The notes under the pieces were generated by a model that saw nothing but the letters and a program-made list of their open reading frames with translations, ran no database searches and was not told where the DNA came from. The position numbers were made by a program, and so were the translations under genes. From NCBI GenBank assembly GCA_052327205.1, contig CM126208.1, positions 273,296,001 through 273,360,000 of the forward strand: a stretch of 64,000 nucleotides of DNA, read 5' to 3'. This DNA comes from Somniosus microcephalus. Taxonomy: Eukaryota. This document shows positions 62,651-64,000 of this stretch, piece by piece. Within the stretch, counting starts at the first letter, position 1; every line of letters begins with the position of its first letter.

Positions 62651-64000
62651 GAGGGTCGGGTGCATAAGGCGACAGTGACAGCTAGTCAGACGTGTACCTA
62701 TCTCTGGGGAGAGTCAGTTCGCTGAACCATCCATTCAGTACCTTGGAACCTTGTATAAATGCATTCTGCTGTATCACAAACTAACCAAGTTTTGGTGTTT
62801 GGACTATCCTGCCGAGCAAATCATTCAAAGCTTTCGCATTCTTTGAGTAAAGCAGTTTTTCCTTCTTTCTAAATTTACTGTTTGCTATTTTGCAGTTATG
62901 TCCTTCAGTCCTACTTCCTTAGATTCCTTCTGAAATAATAATCCAGGTTTATTTGTGCCATTGAATATTTGAAGTTTCCTCCCTTCAACTGCCAACTTGT
63001 TAGCCTGTACAACTCAGGCTTTTATCGTCTTTGCTCATTGCCAACCCTTTCAGAGCTGGGATTGGGTATATTCATTCACCCTTTCTTATAAACATACATC
63101 TTGTTTATGACATTGTGACCAGAACTAAACACAGTGCTCTAAAGGCACTATTACAGTTTTCAAAAACTGAAATAGACAGAAGATGCATGTTTTTCTCACC
63201 ATTGGCTGCAGTTAGAAATGTTTGACTTGTCTTATTCTGGATCGTACAGTTTGCTGCCAGGAATCACTGGCTCGGTTTCTGCCCAGCATCTAACTGAGAA
63301 CATTTCTGGGTGGCAGCGTATACAGGGGACGAGTATTCTGGGAGATGGGTTTGGTTTCAATATCTCAAGATGATTAAATATGCTCTTGTGTATCTAACCA
63401 GTGCATTATAAAGCCTTAATATAACTTCTGTAGACTTAGTGTTCTGATATATTGTGTCCTACAATTCTGTTAGCTTTTTTTTTGAACGACGCGATATTAC
63501 CTGAACATTAAAAGTGATGTGTTGACTATTGCTCCCAAATTTCTTCCTGAGTGTCTGTGTAATTCGGTACCAATTGCTGTATACTTATGACCCATATTCT
63601 TGACCTTTGTGTAATACTTTAGATTTTTCAGTGTTAAAATGAATTTGCTTAATGCTGTATGTCTGCCAGATTGCATAACCAATCAATACAGTGAGCTTTG
63701 GTATCCAAAGCATTTATATAATTAAAAACACGTTCAAGCACTGACAGTTGTGGCATTCCACTCAACGCCTCTCCTCGGCTAACACTGCAGCTCTTGCTTC
63801 CTATTTTGCTAATGTCAGTAAGACTACAACCTCCACATTTAAAGGTGAAGTAAAATATATTTTCTAATTGAATTCTGAGCATTGTAAATGGCGATGCCGG
63901 CACACTTCACGTTGTGTCTCAGCCCCCTCTTGTTTTCCTGGTGTGTGTCTTAATCCTAATAGACACAAGCAACTTGGAAGCATGTATTTTGTGTAGAACT

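Overview
Eukaryotic DNA, not prokaryotic. The repeat content (HE1 V-SINE, HER1-like CR1 tails, DeuSINE, Penelope pLTRs) points to a cartilaginous fish, most likely a shark. The only host-gene exon I can support is the first coding exon of LRRFIP2 (+ strand, ATG at 497, [30 protein letters not shown], donor at 587). I did not find the next exon by eye, so the remaining ~63 kb appear to be one very large intron filled with nested transposons. These include many CR1 LINEs (one near full length), a near full-length Rex1/Babar LINE, L2 and a second CR1-group LINE, Penelope remnants, SINEs, solo LTRs, Harbinger remnants and a Tigger/pogo-like MITE family. The most interesting signals are: (1) sense-strand minimal hammerhead ribozyme motifs in Penelope repeats, one sitting inside an older decayed hammerhead; (2) a modular MITE family carrying RFX X-box-like palindromes and landing twice in the same DeuSINE segment; (3) a ~150-bp near-perfect palindrome; (4) a young CpG-rich tRNA-SINE with an (ACG)n tail. 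All calls are by eye, and element boundaries are approximate unless target-site duplications (TSDs) are quoted.
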